A DNA stretch of 64,000 nt. Source: Coniocarpon cinnabarinum (Eukaryota). Of this stretch, positions 46,261 to 57,705 are shown piece after piece. The notes beneath the pieces are model-generated. The model was not told where the DNA came from. It saw nothing but the letters and a program-made list of their open reading frames with translations, and did no database searches. The position numbers were made by a program, and so were the translations under genes. The stretch lies in the NCBI GenBank assembly GCA_051942205.1, contig JAVECO010000017.1:1-64000 (forward strand), given 5' to 3'. Each line of letters begins with the position of its first letter. Position 1 is the first letter of the stretch.

Positions 46261-49200
46261 TCAGTCCATCGGCTCCTCCTTAATGACCACACAATCCGGA
46301 TCCATATTTTCCTCCTCTTGACCCTCTCCCCGGTCTCTCTCCACATCTTCTCCCTTCTCCTCCCCAACCGCAACTTTCTTCTTGACCTTCCCTCCCCCCT
46401 CCCTCTTCACCTCCACAACCTCCACTCTCTTCCCCCGGGCGGGCCGCACCTCACTCGCCACAATCACAGTCTCAATTCCTGCCGGTCCAACAGGATCATC
46501 CTCACCCCAAGGCAAACTATCCACATCAATCTCAAGCCCCAGCAACGATCGTAAAATCACTTCGCCGCCCGCTTTACTCATGACTTGATTCGCCTCCCGA
46601 CATCGTTCACTGCAGCAGCATTCGAGGCAGCCTTCAGCACAGCGACAGGAGCCCACGCGCTCGCATGCCTGTCTCAGTAATAGATCCACGAATTCAAAGG
46701 CCTTGGTGCTGATCCCGCTCCCGCCTGCGCCGCCCTTGGCATCATAGAATGTCAATCTCGCCGGTCGCTTCCGCTTCGACGGCTTCTTTGCGAATTCTTT
46801 GATTGCGACTTTGCATTCTGTCCGTACGTCGCCGGGCATACTGATCACATAATTAGGCATCAAGCTCAGAATCGCATGTTCAGCGGCATGAATCCCCGCT
46901 GCGACATTCAAGCGCCGTGAATCTAGGATCTCGAGCGCGCGACGCGGGACATCGAGCCACATGCCTTTTGAGAAGATAGTAATGGGCGGATTATCAACCT
47001 CGACAGCGTCGAGGATGCGTCTTCGCTTGTCGATTTTGAAGAAGCCAAAGACGACTTGGATGACGCGGATGGCGCCGAAGAAGGCACGAGACAGTGAAGG
47101 AGCGGGGATGCGACGGATGGCTTCGGTTTCGACGGGGTCAATGTCCGTGTAGTCGCGTTGCTGGGTCATCCAATCGACGTGGACGCGCTCCACGGTAGCG
47201 AGCATGCGCTCCTGAGAGAATTCACGGACGAGATAGGTGTTGCCTTGGTGGAGGAAGATGCCGCCTTCGTAGATAGTAAAGAAGGCGCGAGAGGCTTCGA
47301 GTTCTTCGAGAACTGTGTTCTGGCCATGCGTGGCGTCGATGATGGCGAAGTGGTCGTTTTCGGTGTCGCGGATGGCGACGTGGCGGGAGGGTTGGGGACG
47401 GAAGCGTTCGGCGCAGTGATAGTATCCTAATCCGTCGGGGCCGACCATGCGTTCTGTGCAGACTTCTGGCAAGGTTTTGCCGAAGAAGGTGATGTCCTCG
47501 GTGGGATTGATGGGCATCTCGTGAGCGGCACATTGGATGTGGCCCTCGACGACGAGCAGGTTGTGCAAGTCGACTTGCAGCTCGCAGTTGGGTTTGGTGA
47601 AGATCTCATCAGGGTTGTCCATGTAATATTGATCTGTGGGGAAGCAGTCACCGACAAGGACAGAGAGGGAGTCGCGATTGCGGCGCCCAGCACGACCAGA
47701 CTGCTGGCGGAGATTGGCAATGGTGTATGGAAAGCCCACCGTGATCACCGCGTCAAGAGAGCCAATGTCAATACCCAGTTCAAGAGCGTTGGTAGCAACA
47801 ATGCCAACAAGCTTGCCCTCAAACATTTCCTTCTCGATCTTACGGCGATCTTGCGGGTTGTAACCACCACGATAGGACATCACACGGTTCATGACTTCAG
47901 GACGCTCGAGAAACTCAAATTCCTGCTTGACGCAGTTGAGCATAATTTCACATTGCTTGCGGATGCGACAGAAAGTGATTACGCGGACGCCACGTAAGGT
48001 GAGCTGACAGAAGAGTTTGGCCGCTTCACTCATGGTATCGCCTCGTCCGGACGTAGGATCCCCAGGATCTTTAAAGGGCGTGTTCCAGCAAAGAAACTCC
48101 TTGCGACCTGAAGGCGACCCATCAAAACCTGTAAGCGCAACATTTTCGACGCCAAAGACAGTCTTCATGTGCTCCTCTGGATTTGCGACTGTTGCTGAAC
48201 AAGAGATGAACTTGACGTGACGATTGCCTACCGCAGCGCATACACGTCGCAACCGACGCATAATGAATGCAACGTGCGCGCCAAAGAGGCCATTGTAGAC
48301 GTGCAGCTCGTCCATCACGACGTATTTCAGATTTTTTAGGAACGACCGCCACGACTCTTCGTTCGGAAGAATATTGAGATGGAGCATGTCTGGGTTAGTA
48401 AAAATGATTCGAGCTTCGTCTCGGATGTAGTTACGATCCCCCTTGACAGTGTCTCCGTCGTAAGTCTCGACGACGATGTCCTCCAGATCTTGCATAAAAC
48501 GAAGCATGTCCTTGAGACTTCTTCGCTGGTCTTGGGCCAAAGCTTTAGTTGGAAAGATGTACATAGCGCGTGAGTTGCGATCCTGCTCTAATTGGTGCAG
48601 TACTGGAATCTGGTAGATCAATGATTTGCCGGAGCTTGTCGAGGTCGACACAATCACGTTCTGGCCTCTGTGCAGATTGTTGATGGCCTCCGCTTGATGT
48701 GCATAGAGTTTCTCTATCTTGCGAGTATTGTAGAGGGCATTCACCAAGTTCTGAGATAATTGGAAATCCAAGTCACCGTATACCGGTTCTTGAGGATCAA
48801 ACACTCGATGCCCATCTTGCACGATCTGATCGGAATACCAATCCAAGGTTTTGAGCTGGCTAATAATGTCGGATATATTCTCCCGCTCTTTGGGAATCTC
48901 TTTAGGCAAGGTTGCTTGTCGCTCTGGCTGTGGTGTGTTTGCTCTGCTATCTGATGGGCGAGGGACATATCCAGAAACAGCTTCAGACAGTGCAAGAACG
49001 GGGTCAATCTTGTCCTCTGCACATTGGTTGAGGAATGCGTTGATTGCAGATGTGAAGTTCTTGTTCCGCTTCTCGATTCGCGTCAGCATCTGCTTCTGAC
49101 TATATACAGGCATTCGCAGTTCTTCGTGTTTGAGTTTCTGCCGCGCTCTTGTTGGCTCGCCGGTCTTTGCATGTTGCACCTCTCGCTTGAGATCGCCGTC

Positions 49201-49779
49201 ATTGAACTCAAAAAGCAGAACCTCTTGATCGTTTCCGGCTCCGGCCTCATTCGAAACGCCTTGAAAAGAAGGCATGTCTCCAATTTTGAGCTTTCCATAG
49301 CCTTGCTCGCGACCTAGCAAATTGATCTGCAACCGACTCTCGCTCACATAGGCAAACAGCACACGTTGTGGAACAAGTGCTTTGATCTCTGCGACATCTT
49401 GAATCTCCAGCGGTCGGCCGATGTGTGTTTCCACCGTAGACTTGAGGTTTTCAAACGTGGTAGCAAAGTGCTTGCGGGTGCAACAAAACGTGTAAGTCAA
49501 GTTCAGTGCTCGGAAGGTTTTCTCGATTGTCTTGAAATGGTCCGGCCACGGTGAAGAGCTTTCGACAAAGTTTGATGAGTCACGCCGCACGAGTGATGGT
49601 CGGGATCCACCCTGTGTGCGTCTGGGCTTGGAGCCTCCATCTTGCGTCTTGGTTGGTACAGTTGTTGTCGCGCTGGCAGCATCAGAGTCACCATTCTCGT
49701 TAACATTCTCGTTTGCCACGCTCCTCTTTCTCTTTTTGGGTATGGTCTCTGCCACCGTCCGCGACTGAATCTTGACCAT
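46261..49779 (-). CDS. HRQ1: RecQ4-like helicase Hrq1 (DEAD/H-box with DUF1998 C-terminus), 1172 aa
   Basis: LYAHQAEAI, TSTSSGKSLIY, FPTKALAQDQ, DELH, SATVANP, ATNALELGIDIG, QQSGRAGRR, HAAEHA and C-terminal CxCxxGCxxC. Confidence 0.95.
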   Translation of the reverse strand: MVKIQSRTVAETIPKKRKRSVANENVNENGDSDAASATTTVPTKTQDGGSKPRRTQGGSRPSLVRRDSSNFVESSSPWPDHFKTIEKTFRALNLTYTFCCTRKHFATTFENLKSTVETHIGRPLEIQDVAEIKALVPQRVLFAYVSESRLQINLLGREQGYGKLKIGDMPSFQGVSNEAGAGNDQEVLLFEFNDGDLKREVQHAKTGEPTRARQKLKHEELRMPVYSQKQMLTRIEKRNKNFTSAINAFLNQCAEDKIDPVLALSEAVSGYVPRPSDSRANTPQPERQATLPKEIPKERENISDIISQLKTLDWYSDQIVQDGHRVFDPQEPVYGDLDFQLSQNLVNALYNTRKIEKLYAHQAEAINNLHRGQNVIVSTSTSSGKSLIYQIPVLHQLEQDRNSRAMYIFPTKALAQDQRRSLKDMLRFMQDLEDIVVETYDGDTVKGDRNYIRDEARIIFTNPDMLHLNILPNEESWRSFLKNLKYVVMDELHVYNGLFGAHVAFIMRRLRRVCAAVGNRHVKFISCSATVANPEEHMKTVFGVENVALTGFDGSPSGRKEFLCWNTPFKDPGDPTSGRGDTMSEAAKLFCQLTLRGVRVITFCRIRKQCEIMLNCVKQEFEFLERPEVMNRVMSYRGGYNPQDRRKIEKEMFEGKLVGIVATNALELGIDIGSLDAVITVGFPYTIANLRQQSGRAGRRNRDSLSVLVGDCFPTDQYYMDNPDEIFTKPNCELQVDLHNLLVVEGHIQCAAHEMPINPTEDITFFGKTLPEVCTERMVGPDGLGYYHCAERFRPQPSRHVAIRDTENDHFAIIDATHGQNTVLEELEASRAFFTIYEGGIFLHQGNTYLVREFSQERMLATVERVHVDWMTQQRDYTDIDPVETEAIRRIPAPSLSRAFFGAIRVIQVVFGFFKIDKRRRILDAVEVDNPPITIFSKGMWLDVPRRALEILDSRRLNVAAGIHAAEHAILSLMPNYVISMPGDVRTECKVAIKEFAKKPSKRKRPARLTFYDAKGGAGGSGISTKAFEFVDLLLRQACERVGSCRCAEGCLECCCSERCREANQVMSKAGGEVILRSLLGLEIDVDSLPWGEDDPVGPAGIETVIVASEVRPARGKRVEVVEVKREGGGKVKKKVAVGEEKGEDVERDRGEGQEEENMDPDCVVIKEEPMD

Positions 49780-50140
49780 CGTTCATTGGCTCACTGGGCT
49801 TCCGGGCCCAAGCAAGGGAAGTCAAACAGACTCACAGACAGCAGATCTCCAAAGCTCTCGAGCGATCTGAAACGCGATGATTTCATTCGTCAATTCAATC
49901 TTCTGGGTGATCTAAGCCCTACCCGCGATCTCGCCCCTAGCGCGTCGTGAAGTTACAGTAGCGGAAGTGACTAGATTTTTGCAACTCACACTATCTCGCA
50001 TTGCGATCTATGTCAGAGTGTGATGTGTCGATGCCGTGTCTTCTTCACTCACCTCCTCCAATCTGACACATTCAGGCGCCACATGGCCTCTGATCATCTG
50101 TAATCGCTCTCGGCATTGCTAAAGTAAAGAGCACTCAAAG

Positions 50141-51695
50141 ATGGCAGCTGTTGCAGTTCCTGTAGCAGCCAGCTCCCCGTCTCGCTCACCTCGACTTCCT
50201 AGTCCACCTCCGATGGCTGAAGATGTATTCCATGAGCTCCATTTACATCAAATTATGGTTAAACTAACAATTGTTGCAGATGACCGCCCCACGTTCGCCG
50301 TTGTCCCCTCAAGTCGAATCCTCAAAGCTCGAGCTTCAGCCGAACACCCACACCAATGGAGCTAGGAGAGTAAGACCTGGCACCAGGGCCGCAGATATGA
50401 ATGAAGGACCGCCTCTGATGGAGCTCTCTGACATCGACTCTGCCTTCCAGCTTACCGAGCATCTCAAGGCTTTGCATCACAACTACACACATCCGCCCGG
50501 CGCCGACACAACGCAGCCCATCTCACGCTCGACAGCTGCTTCGCTTGCCGCCGTACCTAACAACACTGATCGAGCGTTGTGGCTTTACGAATTGTGCCGA
50601 TTCCTCGTCCAGAAGATCAACGTCATCATGGTCTCGCTATTTGCCGACAGTCCTCCCTGCTCCTCGGCAACCTGTCCTGAAATGCGTGCCTCTGAGTGGC
50701 AGTATCTTTGCGCTGTTCACGATCCTCCCAAGTCTTGCTGTGCCATTGACTACTGCTGTCATACGCTCGACTGGGCGGCGAACACATTGACCAGCCCCAA
50801 GCACTTTCCAAGTCGGCTAGCTCTGGGCTCGGATGGCGTGCCAGGAGGAGTCACAAGATCTCATCAAGAAAGACAGCTCACCAACATTTTCCGACGAGTC
50901 TATCGTATATTTGCACATGCTTGGTTTCAGCATCGGGATGCATTCTGGCGCATTGAGGGACGCACGGGCTTATACATCTTCTTCAAGACCATTTGCGATT
51001 CCTACGCGCTGATACCAGAGGACAACTACACTATACCGCCCGAAGCTGAAGGCTTGGAGAAGACACCGGAAGAAGATATTGGGCGAGCAGACGTGCCCAA
51101 ACGACCCTCATATCCTCCGCCTATTGCAAAGCGAAACAATGAAAATACCCGCGCAGATGGCGGTGCGGTGACAGCGCGCAAGCACAGAAGCGCGCCTTCA
51201 AGAAGTGGATCCAGCGTGGCGACAGTCATGGAGGAAAATGAAGAGGAAGAGACCTCTCATATTGCAGAGCCAGACTTTCTCCCACCAAGCAAACAACCCA
51301 CCGCAAAACCCTCTGCCCCTGCTCCCGCTTTGCCATCTCACAAGCCAAGTGTAGAGCGAATCACCGACGTTGAGATGACACGATCTCGTGTGGAGCCAGC
51401 GCCCTCAGCACAGCCACCAGAGACAACTAGCAATTTCGAGAGCTCAATCGCGAGATCCAGTTGCTCAAACGGAGGGATTTCACCGTCGTCGCCCCACGCC
51501 ATGACTTCCGCTGACTTGGCAGGCGCGAGAAATGACGATGAGCATCAGACAGAGTCTGGGCAAGATGTACATGCAATGGAAGTGGCAGAATCTGAACAGA
51601 TCGCCAAGACGGCGCTCACCAAAGCTGAAGGTTCTCAAGCTACAGCTACCGAAGCTGGGGAAGCTCAGGATGCTACCAAAACTGTGGAAGACTGA
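50141..51695 (+). CDS. MOB4: MOB4/phocein (fungal Mob3, STRIPAK subunit); exons 50141-50224 and 50280-51695
   Basis: WLYELCR, TCPEMRASEWQYLCAVH, CCAIDYCCHTLD, FPSRL, FRRVYRIFAHAWFQH; intron GTATTC..CTAAC..CAG inferred. Confidence 0.92.
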
Positions 51696-52237
51696 GTTTA
51701 CCGATCGAAATAGGCGCCAATGGAGGCAAAGTCTCTCGGGAAATGGATGTGTCTATTGCCTCGAGCGCGCGTGTGATAGGACGGCAAGGGTTTGCGTGAG
51801 TTGACCTCGTGCACATGACTGCGCGTGGTGTCGTTCCTGACTCCAAGCCACTCCCACCACAACACTCGTCTATCACCTGAGCACCCAACCATGGGAAGCT
51901 GACAGCATCAACTGCGGTCCACTAATTTGGAAACCCGTCATTCCACGGGCCAAGAAATAATGTCGCAGCTTTATATCTTACGCCAGCGTACTGCCTCTTG
52001 GCGCACGGCCAGTCGAGGCATTGCATTCCTCTAGCCCCATCGTTTCAGCCTTTTTCGCAGATGGACCAAGTGTCCATCCGAGCGATGCTTTAGTCACCGA
52101 ACAACGAATGACACCGACGAAACCTAATGGTCAGTCACTACCTTTGGTTTTTTCGTTAGAGGTCACCTCAACAGTCTAAGGCATCGTTAAATGGACCTGG
52201 TCTCGATTATTCCAGCTCAGATTGTACTACAATCAGC

Positions 52238-53476
52238 ATGTCTCACACCGAGAGGACCCCCTTGATAGACAGGCACAATGAGAGTGAGAGGGAGTGTCTT
52301 CAGAACTTTGTGTATACCCACGCAACACAGCCACTGATCCCTAGCCGCGGTGACGACGATGTTGTGGTATCACAGGAGTCAGATCAATCCTTAAAAATTT
52401 CAGACTCTACCAAGCAACCTCAGCATGTTTCTCAGTTGCGCCTACCAGACACCGCGTCGGACTTGGAGAGTGGCTTGTGTGAGGAGTATAACCATGGCAG
52501 TCGTTCGCATGCTTCCAACAGTCTGACCTCACTTGTCGATAGTGGAAGCGAGCGGGATTCTAGTGCTTCATCAAGAAGTCTGCTACCTGTATGGCTGCGG
52601 TCGACGAAGACGCTGCAGGGGTTCCTACGTGAAGAGGTGCCGTCTGATCCCTTGTTTCAAGCACAGCTGTTGTTTTTGACGTAAGTGCGTATCAATTTAG
52701 GAGCTCTGTATACACGAGTAGCTTTGTCTAAAGCTCCAGTGCATGCTTTCACTGACAAGAGCTGATGAAGGTTCACGACCGGAATTGTAGACGGCACAAC
52801 TCTTACCAATTACAACTGCTTTGCTACCAAGCAAACTGGCAACACAGTCTTCCTTGCTCTTCGGGTTGCACGCCATCCCTATGTCATGGACCAAGAAGAG
52901 CGCAACATTGTATTCTCCTTCATTGCCTTTGTCACCGGCACGACCCTGTTTGCGCGCCTCGGGCACTTAATCAATCAAAGGCGTCGGAGGTCGTTACTAC
53001 TTAGCAGCGGTATCCAGGTCATTCTCGTCTGGGTTGCCACTGCACTGGCTTACTTCGTCACCGAGAAGGACACATGGCCCATTGCGCCCATCATCATGTC
53101 ACTTTTGGGGCTGGCCGCCGGTGGTCAAATCGCGATTGCGATCCAAATGAAGCAGCAAGAACTCAACACCTCGATGATCACCGGGGCACTCATTCAACTG
53201 TGCAACGACAGCGAGATCCTGCATTTCTCCAACGGAGCACGCAACCGGAGAGTGCTGTTCTTCTGCTGTTTCTTCTTGGGCATCATCACCGGTGGGGCTT
53301 TGACGATGTATGATACTCCTGGGATTGCCCTGGTGGTGTACGCCATCTTCAAGACACTAGCTATGCTGTCGTTCCTGATCAATCCCTCTGTAGAGGATGA
53401 CGAGCTGGGGAAAAGCATCATATCGAGGAAGCGGTCCAGGTCGCCCATTTTCAGAATCATCTGGGGAGAGCCATGA
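52238..53476 (+). CDS. DUF1275/YoaK-like multi-pass membrane protein; exons 52238-52680 and 52771-53476
   Basis: Spliced FLT|FTTGIVDG...CFATKQTGNTVFL motif, several TM helices, ELNTSMITGA and RNRRV motifs; GTAAGT..AAG intron restores frame. Confidence 0.82.
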
Positions 53477-53820
53477 TACACGTCTGTTATTCTAGGATTG
53501 ACCTGTCACTACCAAGTAATATGCACATTAGTGATAGACCCTGCCCTAATCTTGGGCTGTCTTGCGCGCATTTCCCATAATTTAGGGTCGAATTTAGGGG
53601 TATTCAGCGTGTAAAGCCTCTAGAGCTTGGCGCCCCACACCCCACTTGGTCATTCAGTAGGCAAGCAACGTTTCTCTAGTCATCCCATCTTTCACTGAGC
53701 CTGCCGATCTACGAGTTATAGCCAATCTTTTCAGTGACCTTCGACCTTCTATAGCTGAACAATCGTACTCGTTCATCTCCACGCGGCCATCGACATCTTC
53801 GCCTCGGCATTTCATCCAAC

Positions 53821-54903
53821 ATGGCTGGTGATCCATACGCCCAACTAGCCCAAGCCGACAAGCTTGCCTCGAGTGCCTCCGGAGGCTTCAGCTTCTTCGG
53901 CGGCAAGACCACCAAGCTTGAGGATGCCGCCCGATTATACAAGAGCGCCGGCGATGACCTGTTCAACGACAAGGGCGCATATCAAGAAGCGGCACAAGCA
54001 TACGAGAAAGTACGTCCACACACGCCACAACACTGTACCCCATCACTGTGAATACCCCGTCAGAAGTCATCAGGCTCCGACGAGGCATTGTCTCGCGAAC
54101 TTCATAGTACCGCCATGCTCGCTGTATCGCTAACACACCTTCTACCAAGGCCGCAGCCATCTACCGCGACCAACTCAAAGAAACCATCGAAATGGCCGAC
54201 TGCTACGACAAAGCCAGCAAAGCCTACCGCAAGTCCTCGCCCCCGGACTGCGCGCGCCTCCTCCAAAACCTGATCGACTTCCGCAAATCCGAGGGCGAGT
54301 TCCGCCGCGCCACCAAGCCCCAGCAGGAACTCGCGGAGCTCTTCGAGACCGACCTCAACCAGCCGCCGCAGGCCATCACAGCGTGGGAAACCGCGGGCCG
54401 CTGGTATGAGAACGACCGCGCGGAAAGCCTCGCGAATAAGTGCTATCTCAAGGTTGCGGATCTCAGCGCGCTCGCGGAGGATTACGGCACGGCGATACGA
54501 TATCTAGAACAAGTGGCGAAGGGGTGCGTGAACAATAATCTGATGCGGTTTAGTGTTAAGGAGTACCTCCTTAAGGCGGGGATCTGCCACCTCGCGAGCA
54601 AGGACATGGTGGGGACGAATCGCGCGCTGGAGTCTTACAGACAGATGGATCCGAGTTTCGTGCAGCAGCGGGAGCATCAGTTGCTGGTGGATTTGGCAGA
54701 GAAGGTGGAGCAGAATGATGGGGAGGGGTTTAGTGATAAGTTGTTTCAGTATGATCAGATGAGCAAGCTGGATCAGTGGAAGACGACCATGTTGCTAAGG
54801 TATGCTGCCTTGACGAGACTGCTGGATAGGAGTGTGCACGTGCTAACTATTTTGACGCAGGGTCAAGAATAACATTGGGGAGATGGAGGACGACTTTTCA
54901 TGA
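53821..54903 (+). CDS. SEC17: Alpha-SNAP vesicular fusion protein Sec17; exons 53821-54009, 54150-54799 and 54861-54903
   Basis: ADKLASSASGGFSFFGG, LANKCYLKVADLSAL, RFSVKEYLLKAGICHL, YDQMSKLDQWKTTMLLR|VKNNI..EDDFS. Confidence 0.96.
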
Positions 54904-55299
54904 GTGGCATGATTGATGATATGGACGACGGTTTCATGAAGGTGACAGCGGGAGGTCGGATGACTTGCATAGCGCATTGGGCGGGCGTCATCGGTATACC
55001 ACATCAACAGATGAGCAAATTGCATACTCAAAGAGCCTCCACTTTCGTTTCCAGCTGCCCGTGGATCATAAACATGTGGTCTTATGAGCCATCATGGTAG
55101 CGCTCGTCAGTATGTGAAGACGCCATTCCAGGTCATGATCGAAGTTGGCATTGGCATGGTGTCTTATCACAAAAGCTCCTACGCTGCTGTAGCGCTTCGG
55201 TTTCCATAAAGAAGCCCGTCAGTTGTTCTCAACTGGGTTTTTCCATCATCGAAAAGTACGCGAAGATGGAGCCCGTCTTGCTTTCAGCGCATCCACCCG

Positions 55300-55670
55300 G
55301 ATTATAACTATCGTTACGTAAGTATCAATAGCGCGGATACAAAAAATAAGCCAAATGACTACAAGCCCAAAGCTACAACAGCACGCCACCTTAGAAAAGC
55401 ACACCCTTTCTCTACTAAAGCTTAAACCTTACAAAAAATCTGCGTACATAAACAATAATACATATTACTAGGTTTGGATGTCGCTGTCCTAAGACAAAGC
55501 TATTCTTTAGCACATTCTACCTTAAATTTGACCTCAAAAATGAAGGTTTACAATGTTACAGCTACGGCTAACTCTACTTGGGTATATGTATGAGGCGCTT
55601 GCGCTGCACGGCCACATCATAGCAACTTCATACAATTATATGAATAAACAAGCGTACCAAAACTTTAATA
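55300..55670. other. AT- and TpA-rich non-coding patch, possibly a RIP-degraded repeat relic
   Basis: Visibly AT-rich with many TA dinucleotides and no ORF of 60 aa or more in any frame; no transposase motif or terminal repeats identified. Confidence 0.35.
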
Positions 55671-56203
55671 GCGTTGCCGCCGTTGTGAAAGTCGGAGGGA
55701 GGATCCGGCTGGGCGAAAGCAATGACTGAGTTCTGCACATTGGCGCCTTGGGATCGCATAGCTATTGTGCAGGCGTCGTTCTGTTTCGATATGTTTTACT
55801 CATTGAACGGAGCTTATATATGTCCCGTTTGTTAGAGAAGCGCGGTCTTTTCAACCTGTCTTGAGCTGAACGTCGCTCACAAGTGTCTGCGACAGTCGTC
55901 ACCTAAAACCACTTCATCCCATCCCCCATCCCGCTTGCATCTCTTAACGAGGTGTTGCTGGGGTCGGACGTTCCCAAGTGAGACTCAACCACTGAGTGCA
56001 AAGCAGTTCTAGCAAGAAGTTGAGATGCTATACTGGTCGACACAAGGTGCCCATGCTCAATGAGCGAACGAGGTTCCTTTTCTGTCCCTCTGCAGAGTCA
56101 AGAAGAGATTGCTTTTGAGTATCCTTTTTGCCCCGCGACTGCTGATGCAGCTCGTATAGCCCTTTTCGCACATAATTTTACATTGTAATGGCCCAGGTCC
56201 ATG

Positions 56204-57705
56204 TCAGAGAGTGTGGACCTGGACCTCGTAGTCTTTTCTCACAGTGATTGCATCCATTGGGATGTCCATTCTGTTCTCGTTTACTGCTCCAGAAGTGACG
56301 AAAGTCGCGTGCTGTAGCCCGCCTGTGCAGTGTCCCGATGCATCTAGCCACTCTGGCCCGTCCAATCGCCGGAACGTACCGTCATTGGTAGTTTGTGTGT
56401 CATTTGCCAGGTAGGTTATTCTGGAGCTGAAGAGGGACTGATGTCCGTGTTGATAGGCTCGTTTGCCGAGCTGAAAGATGGACGGAACGCAGATGGCGAT
56501 GAGCGCAACGGCAGCTTCTGCCTGAGTCCAGAAGAATATGGGAACGAGCTCGTCTGATGATGGCTTTAGCAAATGCGCTTCCTCAATAGGTGGCGGCCTT
56601 TCAAGAACAATTACGCACATGACAGGTCTTCGACTAAGCCGTGGCCGATCTTGAGAACGGCGATCATCCGGCCAAATGATACCACGATAACTCTGTGATG
56701 ACCAGATCAACTCTCGGGCTCTCAAAATCGTATGAGTGCACGTTATACGCACACGTATCCGAGACAAAATGCTAGGAATACTATCAACTTTTTCGATCGC
56801 TTCATATTGAGTTTGTATAGCTGTGGAAATGGAATGACTAAGATAATGATATCGACCGTGACGTCGGAGATGCCACCGAACGTCCAGAAAGTTTCGTTCG
56901 AGATGCAGTGGCCATCTGGGAGCGTCGGCGTCCTATGCAAGGTTTAGCAGACCGTCCACGCCTAAGTGGTCACGTATACAGCACCAGTATTTGTGCATTG
57001 GGATGCACTGGAACATGAAGAGACCTTCAAATGTGATGATCCAACACACGGTGAGAACTGCTGTGCTGTAGATAGCCATACGTAGAAACCTCGATATGCT
57101 ATTCCTGAGGTCGAATACTCGGGCGTAAAAAGCAAGCACTGAGAGTTTTGCTTCGTGACCGATATTTCAGCAAGGGAACTTTCTGCATCTGCGTGGGCGA
57201 ATGGCCATTCTTACCCAAACCAACAGCCATGCCCCAAGCAATGATACCAGCATACAGAGTCTTGAGCATACGCTCGACCTGTGATGTGGATAGTTCTTTC
57301 ACGTGTTGGCCCAGTCTAAGATATCTTGTAAGCATCACGCTTTCGCTGAGGCCAAGCCACAAAAAGTCGACAAAAACCGACCCAGGATAGACAAAAACGG
57401 TAACCATATTGTAGATCAATATTGGCTTTTCATGTCAACAGAGACTCTGGTCTGAGGTGTCGAGAACTTCGTCTTACTAGAGCGGCAAGCGCCAGCCAGT
57501 CGTCGAGACTAACATATAGTATCAGTCAGAAATCACCTCAAGAAGTTTACGCCAAATTCCGTTCGATGTCATACCCATAGCTTGTTGTAGGCGAGATCGA
57601 ACGAGACCAGAATCGAAGACCCACAGCAACAACGGCTGCTACAATAAGGAAGATGTCAAACGCTTGCAAGGAATCAACCGAATGGCTTATATTAGAAACA
57701 TGCAT
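56204..57705 (-). CDS. PTH11-like (fungal rhodopsin-domain) 7-TM membrane protein without CFEM, about 7 introns
   Basis: Assembled segments AVGLRFWSR..YG|LDDWLALAAL, LGQHV, AKLSVLAFYARVF, FQCIPMHKYW..GHCI, DIIILVIPFPQLYKLNMKRSKK, VSFGRM, WTQAEAAVALIAICVPS; some donors are weak so exon edges are uncertain. Confidence 0.82.
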
